A stretch of DNA of 64,000 nt from Patescibacteria group bacterium (GCA_028687275.1 JAQUAK010000001.1:164213-228212); one strand, 5' to 3'. Shown: positions 8,235 to 17,188, numbered from the stretch's first letter. The notes: generated from the letters alone by a model not told the origin. Made by a program: numbers and translations.

Positions 8235-9506
8235 ATGAAAAAATACAAATCAAAAAATGTTAATATCTGGGCTAGTAATGGTTTTGAGATGGATAACCAA
8301 TTAATTGAAATTATTGAGAGAAAAGGTGTCGGACATCCAGATACTATTTGCGATATTCTCGCCGAGAGAATATCTCAACAATATTCAAAATATTGTATTG
8401 ATCATTTTGGGGTGATTTTAAGGCACATGGTTGATAAAATTGCTATATTGGGAGGAAAGTCAAATGTAACTTTTGGTGGAGGTGAAATGATAGAGCCTAT
8501 TCGAATACTTTTAAATTGCCGGTTCACTAAAAATGTTGGTGATAAAAATATTCCTTATTTAAGTATAAGCAAGAAGGTGATATATGATTTTTTTAAGGAG
8601 ATAATGCCAGAATTTGATTCAAAAAAATGGATAAAAATAGTTAATAATATTCATTTTTCTCAAGGTCCTGGTGTAGTTTACGAGTCAGACGGCAAAACAA
8701 AAAATGAAAGAGAATATTTTTTTGCTGCTCCAGAAAAAGATTACTTGAGGCATCATGGTAATAATGCCCGATCTAATGACACTTCAACGGCAGTTGCTTA
8801 CTCTCCTCTTAGCAAATTAGAGCAATCAGTTTTGTTTATTGAAAAAAAGTTGAATAGTCAAGAATTCAAACAGAAACACAAATATGTTGGTACTGATATC
8901 AAAGTAATGGCGACTCGAGCTAATAGTGAAATTTTTATTACTGTTTGTGTGCCATTTATTTCTAAATATACCCCCGATTTAGAATTTTATTTAAGTAAAA
9001 AAAGAGAATTATCAAAGATAATAAAAAATGATGTAAAAAAATTTTTTGGGACTACGACAAAATTAGGAGTTTTTATTAATACCAGGGATAATGTATCCAA
9101 TTCTGATCTTTATTTGACATTAATTGGAAGCGCCATTGAAAGTGGCGATGAGGGAGTTGTCGGACGTGGCAATCGATATAATGGCCTAATTACTTTTGCA
9201 AGAAAAATGAGTATGGAGGCGTGTTGTGGTAAAAATCCAGTTTATCATGTAGGGAAAATTTATGCGGCCTGCGCAAAATTAATTTCAGAGAAAATTTATG
9301 AAAGTATGACAATTGAAAACACTGTTTATATGACATCACAAATGGGGAGGCCATTATCTGATCCTTTATGTATTAATATAGAGCTGGCTGTTAGTGATAT
9401 CTCCGATATTCAGCGTAACGAAATTAATTTTATTATTAAAGAACATTTAAATAATTTTAATAGCATAACAAATAGAATAATAGGCGGAGATATAGTACTA
9501 TATTAA
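8235..9506 (+). CDS. Archaeal-type S-adenosylmethionine synthetase homologue (PF01941-like), divergent
   Basis: ERKGVGHPDTICD, NDTSTAVAYSPLS, GTDIKVMA and GDEGVVGRGNRYNGLITFARKMSMEACCGKNPVYHVGKIYA match remembered archaeal MAT blocks. The ATG at 8235 lies 13 nt after the argS stop. Confidence 0.8.
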   Translation: MKKYKSKNVNIWASNGFEMDNQLIEIIERKGVGHPDTICDILAERISQQYSKYCIDHFGVILRHMVDKIAILGGKSNVTFGGGEMIEPIRILLNCRFTKNVGDKNIPYLSISKKVIYDFFKEIMPEFDSKKWIKIVNNIHFSQGPGVVYESDGKTKNEREYFFAAPEKDYLRHHGNNARSNDTSTAVAYSPLSKLEQSVLFIEKKLNSQEFKQKHKYVGTDIKVMATRANSEIFITVCVPFISKYTPDLEFYLSKKRELSKIIKNDVKKFFGTTTKLGVFINTRDNVSNSDLYLTLIGSAIESGDEGVVGRGNRYNGLITFARKMSMEACCGKNPVYHVGKIYAACAKLISEKIYESMTIENTVYMTSQMGRPLSDPLCINIELAVSDISDIQRNEINFIIKEHLNNFNSITNRIIGGDIVLY

Positions 9507-10421
9507 ATGAGAAATTTTATTAATTACAATAATACTGATTTTGAAAATTTAACCGATGGTGTCATCACCAAGGAATTAGAGGAAAAATTTCATTTTGAAA
9601 TCATCTCCATGTCCCATATTGATACCGGACATGTGAATAAATGTGTTGTCGTTGAAACACAAGAGAATACTTTTTTTTGTAAAATTTCCCCCTTGTGGTA
9701 TAAAAAGTCTTTATCAAGGGAAAAATGGTGTCTAAATAAATTATTAACTAGAAAGGTATTGGTGCCAAAAATAGTTGGTTTGGTGGAAGATAATAATGAG
9801 AATATTCCCGGTCATGAAATACTTGTTTTGGAATATATTCCTGGTAAATTAATAAGCCAGTTGCCAAATATCTCAGATGATATTTTAGAAAAAATTAGTA
9901 AAGTATATTGTTGTCTACATTCCTTTGAAGTTAAAAAATTTGGATGGTTAGACCCTAACTTTATTGGAGATAAAGATGGATGGTTGGATTTTTTATTAGA
10001 TATAGAAAATTTAGATTTATGTAGGTCTATTTCTAAGGAATTAAATAAAAAAATAAATTTTCTTTTAAATAATTTAAAGAAATTTGATTTTAAAAGTTTA
10101 AAAAATGGGCGCTTGCTTTACGGAGATTTTAATTTAGATAATTTTATTTTATCTTTGTCAGGCGAAATTTATGCCTTAGATTTTCAAAATTGTTTTAGTG
10201 GCGACCCTCTTTATGATTATTCCATTATTATTGATAAATACCCGTCATTTGTTAAATTTTTAAATTCTGAACAAAAAATACAAAAGAGACTTCTTAAATT
10301 ATATACATTGCGTTATTTACTCACAAGAATCTCTTATTTTATACAAAAAAATGATTTTGAATTGACTAATTTTTATATAAAAAGGTTTAATTCCGTTTAT
10401 CAAAAATTAAATATTATTTAA
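9507..10421 (+). CDS. APH/choline-kinase-fold small-molecule kinase
   Basis: Brenner-like YGDFNLDNFIL followed by ALDFQ. ATG directly abuts the upstream stop. Confidence 0.6.
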   Translation: MRNFINYNNTDFENLTDGVITKELEEKFHFEIISMSHIDTGHVNKCVVVETQENTFFCKISPLWYKKSLSREKWCLNKLLTRKVLVPKIVGLVEDNNENIPGHEILVLEYIPGKLISQLPNISDDILEKISKVYCCLHSFEVKKFGWLDPNFIGDKDGWLDFLLDIENLDLCRSISKELNKKINFLLNNLKKFDFKSLKNGRLLYGDFNLDNFILSLSGEIYALDFQNCFSGDPLYDYSIIIDKYPSFVKFLNSEQKIQKRLLKLYTLRYLLTRISYFIQKNDFELTNFYIKRFNSVYQKLNII

Positions 10422-10426
10422 ATAAG

Positions 10427-11086
10427 ATGTATAAAGGCAATTTATTCAACTATATTAAAACAGGACAAGAGATTTCTTTTTATTTAGTTAGACATGGAGA
10501 ATCAGCAACTAATATGGATAGTAGTTTATTTTTATCTAATTGCGATTACCCCATGACTAAAAAGGGCGTCAGCCAAATCAAAAAATTAGGGGTGAACATG
10601 GACAAAAATATTAATAAATTTAATTATATTTTTTGTTCGTCTATGTTAAGATCGCGTCAAACAAGTAATATTTTAGCTAAACAATTTCATTTAAATACAA
10701 AAAATATCTACGTTAGCACTAATCTTAATGAACTTAATATTGGTGAGTGGAATAATAAGAAGAAAAAAGAGTGTTTAAGCAACAGGAATAAGGGCAAACT
10801 TTTTGATTTAGACAAGTGGTTTTCAACTTTTGAGGGAGAATCGGGGATTAACTTACAAAATAGAGCTCTGCAATGGATCGAATCGGAGATATTAGCTTTA
10901 AAAATAACAAAAGATACTAAAATTTTAGTATGTGCTCATAGCTATTGGATTAAGTTATTTTTGCAGTTGATTTTTAATTTTGATTATAAATATGTAAATA
11001 AAATAAAAATTGATTATGCTAGTGTATCCTTATTAAAGTTAAATGATGAGGGATGGAGCCTTGAGTATCTTAATAATAAATTCTAG
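10427..11086 (+). CDS. Histidine phosphatase (phosphoglycerate mutase superfamily)
   Basis: N-terminal LVRHGES (RHG motif) and a distal CAHSYW histidine. Confidence 0.7.
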   Translation: MYKGNLFNYIKTGQEISFYLVRHGESATNMDSSLFLSNCDYPMTKKGVSQIKKLGVNMDKNINKFNYIFCSSMLRSRQTSNILAKQFHLNTKNIYVSTNLNELNIGEWNNKKKKECLSNRNKGKLFDLDKWFSTFEGESGINLQNRALQWIESEILALKITKDTKILVCAHSYWIKLFLQLIFNFDYKYVNKIKIDYASVSLLKLNDEGWSLEYLNNKF

Positions 11087-11122
11087 CATCATTAAAATAG
11101 TCATTATTAAAAAATAATTAAT

Positions 11123-11797
11123 ATGAAGTCAAATTTTGTTTTATTAAAAATTTATTGGGACAACTTTATTAAGGTTAATCATTTAAATAAAGATCAATTA
11201 TTTAATAATTTTGAAAAGAACCATTTTAATTTTTTAAATAATATATTTAATAAAATTTTAAATACCAATGGCAGTATAGTTGAATGTGGTATTGGTTACG
11301 GAAAAAGTTTTTTAATCTTTTCCGAACTAATAAAATCAAATAAAGTAGACAAGAATTTGTGGGGGTTTGATTCGTTCGAGGGGTTCCCTGAACCTAGTGA
11401 TTTTGATAAATCTAGCAGAAATCCCCAGAAAGGCGAGTGGGGGAAATCATCACCAAAGTTAATAAAAAATCTTTTAAGAAATATCGAAGAAAATAATTCT
11501 CATTTAAAAAATGTAAATATTGTAAAAGGTTTCATAGACAAAACCTTACCAAAGTATAAAAATAATATTTGCTCAATATCCTTATTGCATCTAGATTTAG
11601 ATCTTTATGATTCATATAAAACAGCATTAGAAAATTTATGGGAAATTGTTATAAAAGGAGGTGTTGTAATATTTGATGAATATAGACATCCAAAATGGCC
11701 TGGAGCAACCATGGCAATAGATCAATTTTTTAAAAATAAAGGACAAGTGATCATAAAAGATAATCAATCTAACAGGCATTATTTGATAAAAAAATAA
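11123..11797 (+). CDS. TylF/MycF-like class I SAM-dependent O-methyltransferase
   Basis: ECGIGYGKS, WGFDSFEGFPEP, LHLDLDLYDS, GGVVIFDEY. Confidence 0.65.
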   Translation: MKSNFVLLKIYWDNFIKVNHLNKDQLFNNFEKNHFNFLNNIFNKILNTNGSIVECGIGYGKSFLIFSELIKSNKVDKNLWGFDSFEGFPEPSDFDKSSRNPQKGEWGKSSPKLIKNLLRNIEENNSHLKNVNIVKGFIDKTLPKYKNNICSISLLHLDLDLYDSYKTALENLWEIVIKGGVVIFDEYRHPKWPGATMAIDQFFKNKGQVIIKDNQSNRHYLIKK

Positions 11798-11886
11798 TTT
11801 ACCTTATCATTTTTTGTAGCGATTTTTTGTATTTTATGCCAGTTCCATGATTATAAAAATTTTAGATTGGCTAATATTAATAATAA

Positions 11887-11922
11887 TTTATCAAAAAAGT
11901 TCGAATAGCGCCTCTAACACCC
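11887..11922 (+). repeat. 36-nt direct repeat copy A with tRNA-3'-end-like layout; a hairpin plus T run follows
   Basis: TTTATCAAAAAAGTTCGAATAGCGCCTCTAACACCC is 32/36 identical to the copy at 16893-16928. Confidence 0.7.
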
Positions 11923-12166
11923 CTCAGAGATAGAATAGGCTAATATTAGTCTATTTTTTTGTTGTGACACGGAATAAATACTCTTGTTTTTATTGAATTG
12001 TGACCAGATTGTGACTTAAAAATTTAATGTTTTTGTAATTCAGCTTTTTGCAATTTATCTTATTACACAACAATAAAGAAGAAAATATTTTTAAAAGCGT
12101 ATTATTTAAAGAGATGGTTAAGGCTTTCTTTATCTTATTAATTTGCTTTTAATTAAATACAAATAC

Positions 12167-12769
12167 ATGAAAAACAAATTTATTAAACAGAAAATTGCTT
12201 TTTTTGCAATAAGTCTTTTTTTTGTTTTAACGATTTCCGCTTGTTCAGTTTCTCAGCAGAGTACAAGTAATTCTAACGCTAGTGAAAACAATGCATCTGC
12301 TGTACGTAGGCCAGATTTTGGTCAACCCGATAGAACGGCTGACACAAGAGGCATAGTTAAGACTATTGTTGGCAATGAGGCTACTATTTTAGAAGTAGCC
12401 ATGAATTCAGGTCGTGGCACAGCCTCCTCTACCAATCCTACGGCAGAAAAACCAGCAGTTTCTTTAGCTGGAGGCTCAACGGGCGCTCCTACCGGTCGCG
12501 GTGAAGGTGGTTTTATGGGGGGTGGAGGTCCTGGTGATGTTAGCGCTCGTAGTGATATGTTGGCAAATCTTAAAGAAATGAGTACCGGGGAAGCAAAAGT
12601 AATAATCCCTGTGGGTATTAGAATGTTAAAATCAGATTCTGCTAGCGATGGTAAGCGTGAAATGATTGAAGCTAATTTATCAGATATAACTGCAGACAAG
12701 ACATTAACAATTTGGTTAGATCAATCTATAAGTGACAGAAAAGTAGCAGAGTTTGTTTTAATAAATTAA
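12167..12769 (+). CDS. Gly-rich lipoprotein of unknown function, first gene of the MacAB-type operon
   Basis: Signal peptide with lipobox LTISAC and GRGEGGFMGGGGPG tract. Start taken at MKNKF. Confidence 0.55.
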   Translation: MKNKFIKQKIAFFAISLFFVLTISACSVSQQSTSNSNASENNASAVRRPDFGQPDRTADTRGIVKTIVGNEATILEVAMNSGRGTASSTNPTAEKPAVSLAGGSTGAPTGRGEGGFMGGGGPGDVSARSDMLANLKEMSTGEAKVIIPVGIRMLKSDSASDGKREMIEANLSDITADKTLTIWLDQSISDRKVAEFVLIN

Positions 12770-12797
12770 ATTTAGCCAAGTTTAATAAGAGAAAGAT

Positions 12798-14663
12798 ATG
12801 GAAAAATCAATTATTGAAGAGAGTAAAAAGGCTCGTCGTGGTTTTTGGGGGAAGTTAATTCGTAGTAAAATATTTTTAGCTTTGCTTGTTATTTTAATTG
12901 GAGCGGTAACTTATTATCTTATTAGTAATAAAAGTAATCAAAATAACAGTGAGGTTATAGTTCAAAAACAAGCAGTGGCTGCAATTGAAGATTTAAAAAT
13001 ATCCATTAGCGCTAGTGGTAAGATAGTGGCTAAAGATGGAGTTGAATTATCTTTTCCGGTAAGTGGTAGTCTTGAAGTAGATAGTGTCTATGTTAATGAG
13101 GGTGATGAAATAAAAAAAGGTGATAAAGTGGCTTCAGTTAAAACAGAGAGTCTTAATTTTGAACTACGTAGTGCCTATAATAACTATCAATCAGCATTGG
13201 CTTCATATAATTCTAAAGTAGCCCCTGCCTCTGATAGTGAAATTTCAAAAGCTAAGTCTTCAATTGAGCAATCTGAGGCTTCCTTGGAACAGGCTCAATT
13301 AAGCTTAGAACAGACTAAAGTGAGCGCTGCTAATACGATTGCTAACGCCGAGGCTTCGCTTAAAACAGCTAAAGATAATTTAGATTTAAATAGTAGTATT
13401 GAGGATAGTGAAGCAGTTAATAATGCTTATAATAATTTATTGACTAATATAAAATCAGTAAGCATTTTATCTTTAAAGGTATTAAGAGATTCTGATAGCA
13501 TTATTGGTGTTGATGATACAAATATAAATAGTGAATTTGAAGCAGTTTTAGGGGCAAAAAATTCTACCTCTTTTTCTTCATCTAAAAATAGTTATCCTTT
13601 ATCTAAAAATCTAGCCCAACAATTAGAGTCATATTTATTTACTATTAACGCTTCTGACCATTATGCAATCGATCAGGCGTCGGATAAAGCAAAGACTCTT
13701 TTAGATTCATTACAGTCCCATCTATATAACATGCAAGACTTGGTTGATGCAACTATCACCTTCGTGGGCCTTTCTCAAAGTAAGTTAGATGGCTTTAAAT
13801 CAACGATTAGCTCTAATCGTTCTAGTGTTAACTCTGCTATATCTTCTTTGAATGGTTCATTGCAATCAATTAGCACGTCTAAGAATAGTTTGAGTCAATA
13901 TCAAAGTTCATATGATAAGGCAATTCGTGATTTGGATTTAGCTAAGAGTCAAACAGAACAGAATATTAAAAATGCAGAAATATCTCTCCGTTCTCGTGAA
14001 TTGTCATTAGAACAATCAAAAAATGATTACGCTGATTTGATTGCTCCAATTGATAGTTATGATTTGAGTTCTGCTAAGGCGCAACTTACCTCAGCGGCCA
14101 TTTCCGTTGATAAGGCTAAATATAATGTTGATCAGGCAACATTAATTTCTCCAATTGATGGTGTTATTTCTCAGTTGAATTACAAACAAGGAGATATTAT
14201 TTTATCAGATAGTGCTAAAAAAATGGCAAGTATAATTAATAAGGATACTTTATTTATTGAAGTAAATATAGAAGAGGCTGATATTAGTAAGTTGGAGGTT
14301 GGACAAAAAGCCAGGGCTTCTTTTGATGCAGTAGATGATGTTGAACTTGACGGTGAGCTTAGTTTTATTTCTATGACATCCGAAACTAGTTCTAATGGTA
14401 TTGTCACTTATTTAGTGCGTATATTAATTAATGATGTCGCTGATTCTCCGGTGCGAGAGGGAATGACGGCTAGTGTAGATTTTATTACGGCAGAAGCTCA
14501 AGATGTTTTGGCCATCCCAGTGGCAGCTATCCGAAATATTGCTGGTAGTCCATCAGTGGAGAAAGAAGACGGTTCAATAGTGAATGTAGTTAGCGGCTTT
14601 ACGGATGGCAAAAAAGTAGAGATTATTAGTGGTTTATCTGCTGGCGATAAGATTGTTTATTAG
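12798..14663 (+). CDS. HlyD/MacA-type periplasmic adaptor, unusually long (621 aa)
   Basis: N-terminal TM, lipoyl-like GDEIKKGDKVA, very long Ser/Ala/Asn-rich coiled-coil insert, C-terminal beta-barrel motifs. Confidence 0.8.
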   Translation: MEKSIIEESKKARRGFWGKLIRSKIFLALLVILIGAVTYYLISNKSNQNNSEVIVQKQAVAAIEDLKISISASGKIVAKDGVELSFPVSGSLEVDSVYVNEGDEIKKGDKVASVKTESLNFELRSAYNNYQSALASYNSKVAPASDSEISKAKSSIEQSEASLEQAQLSLEQTKVSAANTIANAEASLKTAKDNLDLNSSIEDSEAVNNAYNNLLTNIKSVSILSLKVLRDSDSIIGVDDTNINSEFEAVLGAKNSTSFSSSKNSYPLSKNLAQQLESYLFTINASDHYAIDQASDKAKTLLDSLQSHLYNMQDLVDATITFVGLSQSKLDGFKSTISSNRSSVNSAISSLNGSLQSISTSKNSLSQYQSSYDKAIRDLDLAKSQTEQNIKNAEISLRSRELSLEQSKNDYADLIAPIDSYDLSSAKAQLTSAAISVDKAKYNVDQATLISPIDGVISQLNYKQGDIILSDSAKKMASIINKDTLFIEVNIEEADISKLEVGQKARASFDAVDDVELDGELSFISMTSETSSNGIVTYLVRILINDVADSPVREGMTASVDFITAEAQDVLAIPVAAIRNIAGSPSVEKEDGSIVNVVSGFTDGKKVEIISGLSAGDKIVY

Positions 14664-14688
14664 AGTTTGTAATATATAACTATTGTCT

Positions 14689-15396
14689 ATGGAAAATTTA
14701 GCGATTAAACTTGAGGGGGCTAAAAAATCATATTATTTAGGTAATGGTGATGAAATCCCTGTATTAAAAGGGATTGATTTGTCTATTAAACAAGGTGAGT
14801 TTGTTGCTATTATGGGTGAATCAGGTGGTGGAAAAACAACCTTACTAAATATAATCGGTTGTTTACATCCACTATCAGAGGGAAAATATTTTTTAGAAGG
14901 TGAAAATATTGGCGATGTTCGAGACGACTTTACCCTCGCCTTTATTCGTAATAAAAAAATGGGTTTTGTTTTTCAACAGTTTAATTTGTTTACTCGTTTA
15001 TCGGCTTTAAAAAATGTTTCTTTACCAGCTCTGTATGCTGGTGATCCAGTCAGGGAAAGGGAGGATAGGGCAATCAAACTTTTATCATCACTGGGAATGA
15101 GTGAGAGAATCAATCATAAGCCGGGAGAGCTTTCCGGCGGGCAACAGCAAAGAGTAGCCATATCTAGAGCCCTTATCAATAACCCTGATATAATATTAGC
15201 AGACGAGCCAACTGGTGCCCTTGATTCTGAATCAGGCTTAGAGGTCATGAATATTTTTTCTGATTTTAAGAAGAAGGGGAAGACTGTTATTATGGTTACC
15301 CATACAGCAGAAGTGGCTAAATACGCTGATAGAATTATATATTTACGTGATGGAGTAGTGCTAGATCATGATTATAAACTTAAAAGTACCTATTAA
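14689..15396 (+). CDS. ABC transporter ATP-binding protein (MacB/LolD type)
   Basis: Walker A GESGGGKTT, signature LSGGQQQR, Walker B ILADEPT. Confidence 0.92.
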   Translation: MENLAIKLEGAKKSYYLGNGDEIPVLKGIDLSIKQGEFVAIMGESGGGKTTLLNIIGCLHPLSEGKYFLEGENIGDVRDDFTLAFIRNKKMGFVFQQFNLFTRLSALKNVSLPALYAGDPVREREDRAIKLLSSLGMSERINHKPGELSGGQQQRVAISRALINNPDIILADEPTGALDSESGLEVMNIFSDFKKKGKTVIMVTHTAEVAKYADRIIYLRDGVVLDHDYKLKSTY

Positions 15397-15397
15397 T

Positions 15398-16597
15398 ATG
15401 TTTATTGAAATAGTGAAAATGGCTTTTGAGTCTTTATGGTCTAAAAAAACTAGAACATTTTTATCAATGCTCGGTATTATTATTGGCACAGCGACAGTTA
15501 TAGCCGTTTTTGCTATTGGTAAAGGAGCTCAGAAATCTGTTAGTGACCAATTTCAAAACTTAAGTGCTAATTCAATTTTAATTACTTCAAACCGTGCCAG
15601 GGGCAATATCAGTAGTTCAAAACTTATAACTTCCGACGCTACTCTCATTCTTGAGTCGGCAGAAAATATAGAGTCAGCCTCAGGGGCTATACAAGGTAAT
15701 CTTAGCGTCTCATATAACTCAACGGATAAAAATTATGCGGTTATTGGCGTGGATGAAAACTTTGTTGATATGTCTAATTTAGTAATCGAAAAAGGTAGAT
15801 CAATAGAAGCCAATGATATTGATGATAAGTTAATGGGTGCCTTAATTGGCTCTACAGTTGTTTCTGATCTTTTTAGTGATGGCACTGATCCTGTTGGGGA
15901 AGTAATTAGTGTTGGGAGTAAGAAATTGGAAATAATTGGAGTAATAAAAAAAGTTGGCTCTCGTATTGGTATGATTTCAGTGGATGAAAGTGTCATTGTC
16001 CCATCATCGACAGCCGAAAAAAGTTTATTAGGTGATAAGGGACAAGTGATGATAAATGTTTTAGTAAGTGATTTGAATAACACCGGTCTTGCTACTAGCA
16101 CAATTACCTCAGTTCTCCGTGCTGAACATGGATTAAAAATTGAGCAGGAAGATGATTTTAGAATTATGGATGCTGGTAGTATGGTCTCAGCAGCTCAAGA
16201 GTCAGCCAAAACTATGTCCGCTCTTTTGACCGCTATTGCTGCTATTACTTTATTAGTTTCCGGTATTGGTATTATGAATGTTATGTTTGTAACTGTAGCT
16301 GAAAGAACTAAAGAAATCGGCATTGCCAAGGCTATTGGGGGCAAGCAGTCTGATATATTAACTCAATTTTTACTTGAATCAGTTATTTTATCTACTATTG
16401 GTGGTTTAATTGGTATTGCTATTGGGCAATTAGCCATACCTATAATTACCCATTTTAATTTAATTACCTTAGCAGCTTCTGTAAATGGTCCCATTTTAGG
16501 TTTTTCATTTGCAGTTATTGTTGGTGTTTTCTTTGGTTTCTATCCAGCCTTTAAGGCTAGTAGACTTGATCCAGTTGATTCTTTGCGTAGTGAATAG
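15398..16597 (+). CDS. ABC transporter permease (MacB/FtsX family)
   Basis: MacB_PCD-like periplasmic domain and C-terminal FtsX TM bundle (ERTKEIGIAKAIGG). Confidence 0.88.
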   Translation: MFIEIVKMAFESLWSKKTRTFLSMLGIIIGTATVIAVFAIGKGAQKSVSDQFQNLSANSILITSNRARGNISSSKLITSDATLILESAENIESASGAIQGNLSVSYNSTDKNYAVIGVDENFVDMSNLVIEKGRSIEANDIDDKLMGALIGSTVVSDLFSDGTDPVGEVISVGSKKLEIIGVIKKVGSRIGMISVDESVIVPSSTAEKSLLGDKGQVMINVLVSDLNNTGLATSTITSVLRAEHGLKIEQEDDFRIMDAGSMVSAAQESAKTMSALLTAIAAITLLVSGIGIMNVMFVTVAERTKEIGIAKAIGGKQSDILTQFLLESVILSTIGGLIGIAIGQLAIPIITHFNLITLAASVNGPILGFSFAVIVGVFFGFYPAFKASRLDPVDSLRSE

Positions 16598-16892
16598 GCT
16601 TCACGCTATTCATTCAATTTATCGTAATATTTGGATTAAAATTAATTAATTCAAATTGAATATTTTTTAACATCCGCTCTTTGTATTGCTAAGCTTCACT
16701 AAATTGTGACTGAGGGGGATAAACCAGATAAAACTAGACTAAAACTCAAAAATACTAATTGCCTTATATTTACGGTAGATTAATTGATTTAATTGGTATT
16801 TTTAAACATTTTAAAAATTTATTTCCATCTATATCGCCATTTATCCCTTTTAACAAGAGCCTAATTTCATATTTAGCTAATCATAAAAATAT

Positions 16893-16928
16893 TTTATCAA
16901 AAAAGTTCGGATAACGTCTCTAACGCCC
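16893..16928 (+). repeat. 36-nt direct repeat copy B; a hairpin plus T run follows
   Basis: TTTATCAAAAAAGTTCGGATAACGTCTCTAACGCCC. See copy A. Confidence 0.7.
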
Positions 16929-17025
16929 GGCAGGTAAAAAACAGTTTATATAAGCTGTTTTTTTGTGAGTTTATGAAAATTTTATCGAAATTTCATGGTC
17001 AATTTGCCATACTGATAATATACGT

Positions 17026-17040
17026 CCCACCCTCTCCGCA
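17026..17040 (+). repeat. Short tRNA-Ser acceptor-end-like fragment; a terminator follows at about 17069-17095
   Basis: CCCACCCTCTCCGCA compared with CCCAC...CACTCTCCGCA at 6131-6160. The match is short, so chance is possible. Confidence 0.35.
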
Positions 17041-17159
17041 ACATTGTGTTAGCACAGGATACCTAGAAACAGAGCTTATTTAGGCTCTTTTTTTGTCTTT
17101 AGTGCTAGGCATATTGACAGCCAATAAGCTTGATGCTAAGCTCATTATTCTTAGCCTAA

Positions 17160-17173
17160 CTACCAGTAGGTAG
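17160..17173. promoter_or_regulatory. Inverted repeat that may be a TetR operator, just upstream of the tetR-like gene
   Basis: CTACC-agta-GGTAG lies 16 nt upstream of the ATG. TATAAT at 17179-17184. Confidence 0.3.
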
Positions 17174-17188
17174 ATAAATATAATTTGT

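Noticed and set aside
11960-12045. Three TTGTGAC motifs (plus one at about 16708) as a regulator binding array
   Set aside because: The motifs are only 7 nt long in AT-rich DNA, their spacing is irregular, and no cognate regulator sits next to the MacAB operon. This is too weak to call.
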